From: Basidiobolus meristosporus CBS 931.73
Lineage: Eukaryota; Fungi; Basidiobolomycota
Reading direction: 5' to 3'
NCBI GenBank assembly: GCA_002104905.1
Contig: MCFE01000128.1
Span: 1-64,000 of the forward strand
DNA length: 64,000 bases
Part shown: positions 10,367 to 23,392 of the stretch, one piece after another
Layout of the letters: each line of letters opens with the position of its first letter
Numbering within the stretch: the first letter of the stretch is position 1
Position numbers and translations under genes: made by a program
Notes under the pieces: model-generated
Seen by the model: only the letters and a program-made list of their open reading frames with translations
The model's database searches: none
Told to the model about the DNA's origin: nothing

Positions 10367-12526
10367 ATGCACATCACTCAGCATAGCACTGAATATCCTT
10401 CGGAGCCTATAACGCTAACACTCTTAGGGGCCGGAAACAGGTTGGCGCAGCTACATCTCTACTGTACCACGCATTCTCTGGCACTAACTTGCCAACTTTT
10501 TCTTAGAGGAAACATCTATGCTTCATATGCTCTGAAGTATCCCCAATGGCTAAAGGTGGTGGCGGTTGCTGAGCCAGTTGCCGTCCGTAGAGAGAGTTTT
10601 GCGAAGGTATGCATGTATGGCACTATCAACGATCTGCTGAAGCTCAGTGTCTTAATGGCCACTACTTATCCTTGATATAGCTTCATAACATTCCCCCGGA
10701 AAATGCTGTTGCCGACTGGCGGGAGGTATAAAGCGAATTCAGCCCGAGTAGTTATCCTTGGCAATTGCGACTAATCTCTTTTGCCTGCTAGCTACTCAAG
10801 CGGCCCAAAGTTTCTGATGTAGTGGCTATTTGCTTGCTCGATCATCTTCACCGAGAAGCCGGAGTTGGTAAGTAAATCGTGGTGGTCTGTGCGTGGGAAA
10901 TCAGAATGGATTCCTGGTTGATTTTTACGCTCACCTTTCCAACAATCGTTTTAGAATTTGCAAATCTGAAATATCACGTGCTACTGGAGAAACCAATGGC
11001 AACCTCGATGCCGGATTGTGTTGCCATCACAGAAGCGGCGATTAGGAATCAAGTAAATTGGCATTCCATCAAGCTTTACCATTCAGTTGTTCACAAGTGA
11101 GTGTGTAGATTTACTTCACCTGCGGCTTTGTCCTGCGGTTTTCCTCCTTGAACCAGGCCGCAAAGCGAATCATAGAATCAGGAGAAATCGGCAAGGTGCT
11201 AAGCATACAGCATTACGGTCCGATCGGGTTTTGGCACTTCGCCCATAGTGTATGTAGCAGCTAATCATGCAATCCAGAGTCCACCTACTGACCCAAAACC
11301 CATATTAGTATGTTCGTGGAAAGTGGAATAAGGAAGCCTCTAGTTCGTTCACTCTTCTAACCAAGGTAACGTTAGGACTTGGCCATTTTCAAGCTCACCC
11401 TGATTCACATGATTTTTGGTAGTTTTCTCATGATGTTGGTATGTATGACCTCATATCGTTGATGAACGATTTTGGTAATCTTATCTGTGCGATTTGGCAG
11501 ATCTCATTACTTGGCTCGTGGGCTTTCCCTGTAAGGTAGGTTGATCCCGCTTTTGTACCATCGTGGCCCAGCTATGCTAACGCATGTTGATTAGAAAATC
11601 AGCTCTTTCGGTAGCCTCTCGCAGTTCAACAAGCAGAGCAAGCCTAAAGAGGCGAAGGATGCAAAGTGAGAATTAGATGATTCTCGATCGTCGCATTCAT
11701 CTAACCTTTTTTCATCATTAAGAAACTGTCTCTCTTGCCCCTACGCGGACAAGTGCCCGTACGATGCCAAACGCATGTATCTAGACCCGGTAGTCGAGCA
11801 AGGCCACCGAGGATGGCCCGCAAATGCTATCACGGATGTACCGGGTAGGTTTTTCACAATCCCGCTCTCCCCCTCGGAGTGGTCAAGTCTAATGCATACT
11901 ATCAGATATTGAGAATGTGATCCAGGCGTTGGAAGTGGGACCGTATGGACGATGTGTGTACGAATGTGATAACGACGTGGTCGACCAACAGGTGGTGAAT
12001 ATGGAATTTTCCAATGGTGCCACAGCAACTCTAACCATGATTGCTACTGGAGAAAGAGAGCGACGGGTGAGTTCCCGGAAAATACCGGAATTTTTGCTGG
12101 CAACCTCTAATGAATTTGCCTTTCTACATAAGACACGTATCTTCGGAACTCTGGGCCAGATTGAAATTGATGGCGAGGGGGACAAAATCTGGTTGAACAA
12201 CTTCTTGACTCGTGAACAGCGAATCATTCAACCACAAAACAATGGCATCGATGAGATGAAACATGCAGGTCATGGAGGTGGCAATCACGGATTGGTGAAG
12301 GGTTTCTTAAAGGCCATTAGAAACTATCCATCTCCCGACATCCCAGATGCACAATCCAGTTTCGGTAAGCCACGGTTAAGCCCATTTTCCCGTTCGGACT
12401 CTCATCTTTCCCCACTTTGCCTTAGATTCACACGTTTACGTTTTTGCCGCTGAGCATGCTAGACGCACCAATACTGCGGTGGACATCAAGAGCTTCAAGG
12501 CTATGCATCATTACTACAGCTCTTAG
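10367..12526 (+). CDS. Gfo/Idh/MocA family NAD(P)-dependent oxidoreductase, many short introns
   Basis: Rossmann motif LLGAGNRG, VVAVAEP, VLLEKPMA, FWHFAHSYVRGKW, GPYGRCVYECDNDVVDQQVVNMEF, HGGG, SHVYVFAAEHAR. Includes a 16-nt exon at 11423-11438. Confidence 0.9.
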
Positions 12527-14017
12527 GCGATCATTACTTACTATCATTATCACGCCGCCTTGTTTATATCTATTAATCCAATTTTATCCGAACACTGCAA
12601 TAAATTATACTGTATCAGCGCATAATACAATCCTGTTGTGAATTTGCTTGTGTTTCTTTGATCGATATTTGCCGGAGTTTCTTCGATCGATTTTAGCTTG
12701 TGCCTCTTTGATCGATAGATCCTGCAATTGTTTCATTGATCGAACTTCGATGATCTCCCTGGCCCTGGAGTTGGTGTGAAATTTGGTTTGATGTATTAGC
12801 ATGGTTGCTTCACGATCCAGTATATTCTTTCCTGGATCTCCGGTGTAACCTAAGCAAGCTGATCAAGGGTCCCGTTGAATCCGGCTCAATTTCGGGCCTT
12901 TTTCCTTAGACTTACCACAATACATACCCATGATATTTTGGACCAAGGGCTGCCTTCTTTTAGCTCGTTGGACTAACGGTGTCAACAAACCAGAAATTAC
13001 TGTCGTATCATACTCCATCAGAGACCCAAGCCATTGAGATACAATGGGTATTCAAGCAATTACATAATTTTGCTGCTTTTGACCGAGCTTGACACGTTAT
13101 GCGGAATACTAATCTCATCATGGGATTTCCTCTATTCTGGGCTGTGTTGTTGAATCGCTGTTGTGAAGTTTACGGGCTTGACGCCTGATTGGGCATATAC
13201 AAATGATATCACCAGAACATTGATTGCTGGAAAATCCTCCAAAATGGAATGAAGATTATGATTTTAGTAGAACATGCAAGAGGTGTAATTATGCAGTATA
13301 CACCTAAACTCTTCATATACCTTTAGACTCTACTTGGTTCATTGCTGCATTATAAGCTGTTTACCTAGGATTAGTTTGTAAGATATCATCCAAATGAAGG
13401 CCTAGAAGTTATCAAAATTTTCAAATCTGTCCGAGGGCATCTAGACAAGCTTAAAGGACTTCACTGTTTTGTTGGTCAACATATTGTAACAGAATAATTC
13501 ATTAATCCAAGCTTTAGGGATTCTCTATTGATGCAACAATAAGTGCGATTTTTGGAAGACTCAAGCACCCCCTGTCTCTATTTCAACAGTGTGTATTAAC
13601 ACACACAATCCAAACTTCCATCTTTGGTTCCATAAAAGCATATCTTTTTTGCTCAAAATTCTGAAGATGGGTATTCTCTGATCATGATCTCCTACGAAAT
13701 CACTTACAGTTTACTATACAGAATTGTGGAAGCACTGGAAAGACTGAAAAGAACCCAAGCCTTGTAGAAATTTCTGCATTCCTTTGGCAACATACTCACA
13801 GAAGTTGAACCATTCCAAGCACAAGCAAACACTCTCTTTTGCTGATCGCGTGTTCTAATACCTGGCCTTTAGGAGTGTAGCTTAGTGTAGCTGAGGAAAG
13901 ACCAGAAATAACAATACTCGATAAAAGTAGTATTGCTTCACCATAGTGAATGATGTTAACAACATCAGGTGACTTGATATAAGGTATTTGTTCGAAAACA
14001 AATCTCATATCGTCATC

Positions 14018-15701
14018 ATGACCGAGTTGGCGCCCACTTTAGTCTCTACTCTGCCACCAAAAATACAAGAAAATATTCTTTTCTATGTGGGCGACGTGTT
14101 CTTGTACTTCGACTTCGCTCATAGGCCTCGTTGCCGTCTTTGGTTGTTAGTGCTCCATAATGGTGGTCCCGGTTTTGTCTTAGAAGAGGCTCTTCGAAGA
14201 CACAGCACGCCATTACTCCAGTGGTTACTGAGGAGAGTGAACTTCCCCAAAGACTATCTGCTGGCAAGCGCGGTTTGCTATGGTGACCTGTCTACTCTGA
14301 GATATATCCTCTCGCTTATCGGTGCGGAGTACAAGAAGTACGATACTCCAGCGAAGCTTCTGTGCATCCTGGAAGGAAAGATACACTTACTTGAGTATCT
14401 CTACCAGAGAAATAAGGTTTTGAGTGGAGATTTTTCATTCATCCGTTGCTGTGTGACCACTGGAATATGCAAATCAGCAGCGATATTCTCTTGGTACATG
14501 GAAAACAGGTGCGCTTGTACTGGTATTGGCAGAGACGTTCTTCTTCAAGGGTATATACAGAACGACGATATTGCCGAAATCGTAGCGTTCATGAAAACCG
14601 ATAGTTTTGAAGCATTCAAGAAGGCTCTGCCGAGATTGCAGTCAGGAAAAGAAGAAACGCTTCGTTGGCTGGTTGTGGAGTATCAGGATAACCTCGAGTT
14701 TTTGCTCTATCTAGCCAAATCATGCGTGAGAATGGGATATGTGGACACTTTGGAAGCGCTTTTCAATGAACCATACAATATACAAGTAGAGTACGACTTT
14801 TTCACAGTAATTCCAAATCTGGCGGTGGCCAAGGTACTGCATGAGTATGCGTTCAAGCGGGATTGCATTTCTAGCATGTTAAATGGTGGTCACATCCGGG
14901 AACACAAACCGTACACAACCTACAGGAATAAAGCCAGCTATCGAGAACTAGCGAAGATTTTTATCGAGTCGCATGAAATTATGACACCGAATGGCAGAGA
15001 AACAAGCGGAGGAGGTAATGTTGTTCCTGGTAGATTTGGCTCTAGTGTTCACAGGCGCCCAGGGATTGAGAGATTATGCTTACTATGCGGTTGAATGGGG
15101 CCATCTGAGACTTCTACAGAAGCTAGCACCTCACCTGAGTGAGCGAGATTTGAGGGAGCTCACCGAAGAGGTAGAGGGAGGGAGTTTATACATATATAAG
15201 AATTGGGATAAAGAAATGCTTGAATACCTCTTCGAGTCGGGGCTGGTCCAGAGAGTGGCTGGAAGAACACTGACATTCAGGTTCGACCTTAAATACATTC
15301 AACAACTCACAGAAAGGGGACTTGTCTGGAATGAGGGTAAAGACGGACAGCTTGAATGGAACACGCAAACGGAGGAGAGCATCCAAATGGATATGCTACT
15401 CGGAATGCTAGATACTCTCGAATCCACACACCCAAGAGATACCGAGACCCGAATAGCATTGATACGCTCGGCGTATGTAGGATTCTATAAGCATGGATAT
15501 TTCAAGGATATTGTGGTTAATGACGGGATAGCCACCTATTCATCCAACCGCGTCTTCATGAAACGCTCATTGAGCATTTACAGAGAAGAGATGAATAGCA
15601 ATAGCAAGCTCCTTGACAAATTGAAGCTAGAGCTGCAGCGAATCAACATGCACTTGTTGCTAATGGAGTTAAACAACACTCAGGCATCTAGCTCTTCATA
15701 G
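14018..15701 (+). CDS. Degenerate ankyrin-repeat-like protein split by one frameshift near 14985-15055 (or a 40-nt intron)
   Basis: N-terminal LPPKIQENILFY (F-box-like). Repeated A..G.L..L.YL units (ASAVCYGDLSTLRYIL, LEGKIHLLEYLY, SCVRMGYVDTLEALF, AVEWGHLRLLQKL) occur across two overlapping ORFs, 13988-15094 and 14991-15701. Confidence 0.6.
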
Positions 15702-16034
15702 ACAATATGTAGGTTGCCATTATACTATTTGTGTGTACGCTTGCTAGAACTGCGGAATAAATTTTGCTAACAACTTTCATAACTATTACCATTTATGGGA
15801 AAAATCAATCATCGAGATTCCGATGCTGAATGAGCGTATCATAATGGGTGATTATTTGCTGCGATCAAATCAAAATTTTCTCTTCTCACACGGCCTTGGA
15901 CGAATTTCACTTGGTGCTCGGCAGTCAACTTATTTATCCAACCTTCTCCATTGCAACTGCTTCTCTAGTTGCTGTACCTTTCTTTCTTCTTGAATCCCCT
16001 TTTTAGTTCACACACTTCTTTTACAGTACATACT

Positions 16035-17414
16035 ATGTATTCAGCTCGCGCTTTGCACTCTGTCAAAAACGGTTTGAGAAGACAGGTCACGGTCAACTAT
16101 AAGGCCTTCCCTAGCAGATCGTTCACCTCAACCGCTCCAGCTAGTGATGGAGTGTTCTCTAAGTTTATGGACACTATTAAAGCACAAATTGCCCGTAACA
16201 AGGAGCTCAAGGAGGGTGTCAAGAAGCTTCAAGAAGAGACCACCAAAATCTCCGATTCCGATGCTTTAAAGAGGGCTAAGGAACTCTTCGAAAAAGCGAA
16301 GAGCGCTGACACCAACGCACCAACCGAAAACATCAAGAAAACCTTCGAAGAGTTGAAGAAGTCTGCGGAAAACGTCACCAAGACTGTTCATGAGACTGTC
16401 AAAGATGCTTCGGACTCTGAGTTTGCCAAGGCTACCAAAGACACGGTGGAGAAGACCTCTACTGCATTCAAATCGGCCACCGAACCTATTCGTAACACTG
16501 CCGCCTACCAGAGTCTGAAGAAGTCTGTATCCAGCTTCGTCGAAGAGGGAAGTTCTCGTTACGGAGGAATCAAACCCAAGGAGGTCCGTAGAAAGGTTCA
16601 CGCCCAGAACCCCGAAGAGAACATCCATACCCACAAGTCTCGACATGTTGCGGAGGACCCCACTGCTGGCGCCAACATGGTCATGCACAAAGATTCAGCC
16701 TGGAAGGAGAGTTGGAACAAATTCAAGGATAACAACCCAGTTTTCCAAGGAGTGTTCCGCATGAAGAGATCTTACGAAGACAGTGACAACTTATTTGTGG
16801 CATACGCCCGCTTGGCTACCGACCGCATCAGCGAAACCTTTGGCTCTCTTTTCGAGGAATCAGAGACCGCCCAAGCCATCAAATCATTCCAAAACAACAT
16901 TGACAGATCGTTCAACGTCGAGAAATTCGTCAAGGAAGCCAGAGAATACATTATTCCCGAAGTTATGGATGCCTACCTCAAGGGTGACAACGACGCTTTG
17001 AAAGAATGGTGCTCCGAGGCCACATACAACGTCCTTACTGCTGGCATCCAGGCTCAGATGCAGCAAGGACTCGTCAGTGATTGCAAGCTTCTTGATCTTC
17101 GTAACGTCGAATTTGTGACTGGCAAATTGTTGGACAACGACGTCCCAGTGTTTGTATTGTCCTTCAGCACTCAGGAAATCATCGTCTTCCGTAATGGTAT
17201 CACACGCGAGATTGTTTTCGGACAAGAGGTAAGTTCCTTTTAGCGTGACCGATCCGGTGCAACTACTAAGTACATTCCCATTTCCTAGGACAACATTGAG
17301 CAAGTCACCTACGCCTGCGTTCTCACCAAGCAGCTTGAGGATCTCCAGAACCCAATCACCGGTGGCTGGAGAGTCATCGATATGGCCAAGCATGACGCCA
17401 GACCAACCTGGTAG
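16035..17414 (+). CDS. TIM44: Mitochondrial import inner membrane translocase subunit Tim44
   Basis: Mitochondrial presequence, coiled-coil, Tim44 C-terminal domain (YIIPEVMDAYLKGD..LKEWCSEATYN; TQEIIVFRN; GWRVIDMAK). One intron 17230-17288. Confidence 0.95.
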
Positions 17415-17624
17415 TTGCGCAAGGCAACCCAGCCTCCATCACTCAACCACATCCACTCGCCTCATTCCCAACCCCACCATTCCACTTAGAAGCATCATTT
17501 AAATAAATTCATGCATTCAGTATACTACATGGGACTCGAATGGATCAAACGCAAGTTTATTAAGACAGGCACCAGATAGGTAGTAGTGATGTGAGCAGTG
17601 TCTGCATATATATATGGATACACT

Positions 17625-18161
<537 letters not shown>

Positions 18162-18365
18162 TCAGAGCACCAGAAGAAAAGGGAACCGACGCGAAGGGAA
18201 TTCCAATTTAAACCATTCGGATTCTCGATATCCCTGCTTTCTAATTGGCCTTTCCGGATCATCATGTTTTTTGGGGGAGGGCTAATTTGTGGACTATATA
18301 TACACAATATCCTTGATAATTAGGATCCGTTGTTTGTTAAAGACGCTTCTAGTGCAGATACGACA

Positions 18366-20152
18366 ATGGGCAAAGTGAAGGAATCCTTGAGTGCATTGAT
18401 GACCGAATCAGAGGACGGGGTGCGTCAGCTGAATCAGTATACCTTGAAGGAAAAGTTGGGCCAAGGTGCCTACGGCTCTGTCTATTATGGGATAGATGGC
18501 GTGGATGGAAGTGCATACGTAAACACGGCGTTCCGTTTAGCTTTCTCCCTCAACCAACAACCGATTGATCTTTTTCCACCCTAGGCGATCAAAGAGCTCA
18601 GCAAGGCTCAGCTACGCAAGAACAACCAATCGAACATGCTGCGTGAGCGTAGCATGGGAAGAGGCATAGGACGTGGACGTGGACGCGGTTTGTTCGCCAT
18701 CAAAGCAGCCCAGAAATTGGAGGAGGAGAACGGCAATCCTTTGGACTTGGTTCGCAGCGAAGTGGCTATTCTTAAGAAACTTAGCCATCCCAACATTGTC
18801 AATTTGCGGGAAGTATTGGACAACAAGAACGACGATGCTATTTACATGGGTACCTCCTCCTTTCTTCATACTAGCTCAGCCACTCCACTACACTACACTA
18901 CACTACACTGTATGTTAAGCTGCTTGTTTATTTAGTGTTCGAGATGTGTAAAAAGGGTGCCGTGATGGATGTGCAGCTTGGAAAGACCGTGGAGCCCTAT
19001 ACCGAGGACAAGTGTAGACACTACTTCAGGCAAATGGTTCTTGGTTTCGAATACCGTGAGTTATACTAGGTATATGGCGCACCGAAGATCTCCACTCACG
19101 TTTCATCCCGAATAGTACACGAAAACGGCATCGTTCACCGAGGTATGGGATTTATCAAGTGAACATCAGTGACGACATTGGCTGACTAGTATCCTTTCAG
19201 ACATCAAGCCTGACAATCTACTTATTGCTGCTGATGACACTCTCAAAATTGTTGACTTCGGAGTGTCCGAGATGTTTGTCAAAGGGGACGATCGTATGAA
19301 GAAGTCGGCCGGAAGTCCTGCGTTCATGGCCCCCGTAAGCTATTTTCATGTGCCAGACAATGTATAGCCATGACTAACCCTCATTCTCCAACTCGGAAAC
19401 GGTAGGAGCTCTGTTCCGGTAACATATCTACACCTGCATTTCTCTCACTAGATAGGTTGCAGTATGGCTAACCCACTGATCCGTAGGAAGCAGTAACGGG
19501 ATTTCCGGTAGAGCCACGGATATATGGTCGATGGGGGTGACCTTGTATTGCCTTGCGTTCGGCACCCTCCCGTTCTCGGCCAACTCCATCGTTGAGATCT
19601 ACGACAGCGTCAAAAACCAAGAGTAAGTAATGTCCACGTGTGTTTGAAATGATCGTCCCTGCTAATCCCGCACAAACAAGACTCAAGATCCCTGACACAG
19701 CCAGTCCGGAGCTCAAGGATTTGTTGGAGAAACTCCTGGACAAAAACCCAGAAACTCGAATTCACATGGACGCCATTCGGGTGAGTATAACCCCGCCCCC
19801 AAGAACCCACCCGAACTCTCTTCTAACCCCGGTCGAATCCAGATTCATCCTTGGTTGACTAAAGACGGGCAAGAGCCACTTCCTTCTACCGAAGAGAATT
19901 GTGCAACCGTGGTCACCTCCATCACAGACGAGGAAATCAACTCTGCTATTCGTGGAATCGCCAATATCATGACTGTGGTGAGTAACTCCTGTCATCAAAG
20001 TCACCCATCTGCATGTGTAACCAACCAGTACCTGTTAGGCCAAGGCGGTTGCTCGCTTTAAGAGACGTTCAATGCAGCATCACATGCAAAACCTCAACTT
20101 GAACGACAAGAAATCTCCAGCAAATGAGGAGAATAAAGACACCTCCAGCTAA
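18366..20152 (+). CDS. Ca2+/calmodulin-dependent protein kinase kinase (CaMKK/Ssp1-like)
   Basis: LNQYTLKEKLGQGAYGSV, AIKELSK, RG-rich insert, EVAILKKLSHPNIV, HRDIKPDNLL, DFGVS, SAGSPAFMAPE, DIWSMGVTLYC, C-terminal AKAVARFKRRS. 13-nt micro-exon at 19406-19418. Confidence 0.9.
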
Positions 20153-20506
20153 ATAGCTCACCTCCTCCCACCCATTCACCCGAAGGCGGCACAATATCCC
20201 ACTTTACACTGAGACCAGTAAAAAATTCGAGAAAGTCCCAGGAAGCATATGCATGTTTTATTCACAGTAGCGATTTGGTTTCTATTCAAAATATATTCTT
20301 GTTAGATTAACACGTATCAGCGTCGCTCCATCACTGTATGCCAGTCAGGTAAAGTGGGCGATTTCGGGGGCTCTACATAAGATAATCATATTGGCTAGAA
20401 TAATGGGGAAACTGGGCTTGGCACTCTAGGGCGCACCAGCTGAAACCCTATATTTCGGCAAGAGTGCGTGGAAGGGGAGTTGGATGGAGCGTCGTGACGG
20501 CCATCA

Positions 20507-22116
20507 TCAACTATGGTTCTCCAGCTCCGAAGTTACCTCATGTAAGGTCGATGGTGCGCAAACGGCCTCATCGAAACGCTTTTTTTTGGCTAGAATAAGG
20601 GTATGGTCAAGGGAAAACGCTCTTCGATTGGATCTTCGAGTTGCATTCTCCACCTGGATGTGGATTAGTTTTTCCTCGCACTCGTCCTCACTGTCGACCT
20701 CCGAGATCGCCGGCGGAATACTGATCGAGCCTGACCTGGATCCCTCCCCAGCCGTTCGAGCGAATTCAATTGAGCTCAGAAGATGGTGTCTTCTGGGCTT
20801 TCTTTGGACATCGGTGGAATGCCTCCTCAAGACGGACGGAAGTGAGGGGTAATCTGGGATATCCAGGGTGCCAGCAGGTACACTCAATCGTCGGGCATTG
20901 CTGCTCGTAAGAGGCGATCTACGCGGAGGCTCGGTATTGCCCAGGGTTAGCCAACGGGCCCGGTTTTCACATAGGTTTGTCAGAAGTGGCTGCACCTCGG
21001 TGCAGAAATCGGCCAACACCTCAAAGAACGGCTTGACAACAAAGTCGCCGAATTTCAGGCTGATGTCGGTCTGATTGGAATGCTCGCGATCCATGTTTGG
21101 CGATACGGGTAAATGGTGGAGCTTTTCCATGTCTCCTTGGTAAAAGAATTCATCAAGAATCACATCTGACCACCGTTTACACAATTCCCATGGGCGGACT
21201 GTATTACTGATGTCTGCAGCATGTAACAGCACATTGCATATGATTTGGCGGTGCTCTGATTGGGGCAACGGGCAATGATCGTTGGCTGCAGCCTGATTCT
21301 CCGTAGGGAATTCATCGCATGTAGGCGAGATGGTAAGAATATCCACAACGGTGGTAAACTGCTCGATGAGCCCGAAGTGAACCGACATGTCCGTCGACAT
21401 GATGCATTTAAGGATTGCATTCTGGACATACACGCTCTGCTCGCATTCGTGTATCTCTACCTTACTTTTCGATCGAACGGATTTGAGTAGGTCGTGCTTT
21501 GTCAGCAGCTTCAAGGTTTCTTCGCAGGAGAGCTTCTCAAGGACCGACTCGTTCTTGTATCTCTGGGCAACTTCGGTTTTGGCGTTCACTTGATAGAGAT
21601 TGTTTAGCCCAGGCTAGAGGTATGAGGTAAGCATCTATGCATGTCGTAAACATCATTACGCCACTTACATGGCCAATATCGTGGCACAAGGCGCCTATCA
21701 ACAGCGCTATCAGATCAAGGTCAATAAGATACGACCTGACGTGCGAGTAGTTGATCAAGTTGTATCCTACGATGAATACGTCTGCGGCGTGAAGAAATGA
21801 GTGGTACGGCGAATCGAGATACCCTCGGTCGATATCAACTATGAAATCGAGCAGCTGAGATTGGGAAACCCCCAACACATGCAGCAAGCCGAGTTGAGAG
21901 AACACACCCACGATTATTCCATATAGCTCTGGCCGTGTCCATTTCCATACATTAAAGTCGAGCCCAAGTTCGTTGATTTTTCCACCAGCAACTTTGCGAG
22001 CTACCTGCCAAAGACAAACATTAGACTTGAGGTCTAGGGTTACCCGCTCCAGCACCTACATGCTCAGCTTTGATTAAATCCTCCGAGGACAACTGGTTCC
22101 TCTTTAGAACCAACAT
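20507..22116 (-). CDS. Class I 3',5'-cyclic nucleotide phosphodiesterase
   Basis: PYHSFLHAADV, ALCHDIGHPGLNN, SVLE, LHAADISN, EFFYQGDMEK. Proposed ATG at 22116, then a 55-nt intron (GTAGGT...CTAAT...GCAG) and a second intron at 21614-21668. Confidence 0.9.
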
Positions 22117-23064
22117 CGGGTTTGCGTGTCTGCTTGATGAGGAAAAGAGAAGAGGCTACGAGGCTCGAGATATCAGAGAATAAAAGGATAAATGAAGGTT
22201 GGGAAGAGAGTCGTTGAAAACGGGAAAAAATGTGGTGGTCTATATGAATACAATAATCAAGCCAATCTCAGGGCAACAATTGGATGCATCCTATAATTGC
22301 ACCAGGACTGTCAAAGCATCGATAAAGATATTGATGGAATATACATTAAGGGCGACCAACTCGAATAAGGTTTATCTTGGTATACTCGATTAAGCAACGG
22401 GATGTATATTTGACTAAGCAGCATCCTTGAATTGCACGAATATTCGTTAAGCAATGGCCATCTAGTATGTGTCAGATACAGCATTCCACTCTGGTCCGAG
22501 GTAGGAGAATGCGACATTTGAGGTTGATCAATTCACAGGAGAGTATGCATTCAGCGGGCATTCGTTAGGTATTGGCAGGTATGGCAGTAATTACGTGCAT
22601 GAAACTAATCCCAAATAGTCCCAAACCAAGTTTCGCGTTACGGCAATAGATTCGATGTATTATGTGGCCGTAAATGAAAATGGGCTAAATCAAGAAAATA
22701 GGATAGATATGAATGGCCTGAATGGCCTGAATGCCGAAAATAGGATAAATAGGAGAATTCCCGGTATCCATTCACATGTAAAGAAACCTGAAAGCAATGC
22801 TAGCATTCCCTCGGTCACCATGGTAAACATGATTGACGATGCGCCACTGTTAAAAGTGTACGACTTGCTTCATTGTTTCCATTAAAGGTATACTCTCTGG
22901 GGTGCACACAGTAATTTTAAGCCACTATCTTCACATATATGAAGTGTATCTTGCTGAAATAGGGGTGATTCTTTAGTTGTGGTGGGATGAAAATATTCTA
23001 GTCCTTTAATTATCGGATTGTACTCTAACCATATTAGTGGAAATCATGTTCACCGTTTTGCTTA

Positions 23065-23172
23065 TTTATAGTTTTGCTTATTTGCTGGCGTTCGTGTTTA
23101 TAGTTTTGTTTATTTGCTAGTATTTGTGTTTATGGTTTTGCTTATTTGCTGGCATTCGTGTTTATAGTTTTG
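23065..23172. repeat. 32-bp minisatellite, ~3.4 copies, upstream of ELP3
   Basis: Units TTTATAGTTTTGCTTATTTGCTGGCGTTCGTG start at 23065, 23097, 23129 and 23161, with few substitutions. Confidence 0.9.
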
Positions 23173-23392
23173 TCTTACTTAATTCCCATACATCAAACCT
23201 CACCAATTAAACACTTACGAAGAGAACGATGCGGAGAAAGAGTGGGCAAAGGGTTGGATAGATTTAACCTATATCGTTGATCCCATTGAAAATTTGAAAA
23301 GAAAAAAAATTCAATGTGGTTTCATATATGCCAATCCATATTCTCCACTGGATACTCCCTTACAGTAGAATAACAACCACCTGGTTTCAACC

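Noticed and set aside
12641-12720. Imperfect 22-bp direct repeat (gcttgtgYYtctttgatcgata)
   Set aside because: Only two copies in decayed intergenic DNA, with no supporting context.
23065-23172. CRISPR-like array (32-bp repeats)
   Set aside because: Units are contiguous with no spacers, there are no cas genes, and the context is eukaryotic.
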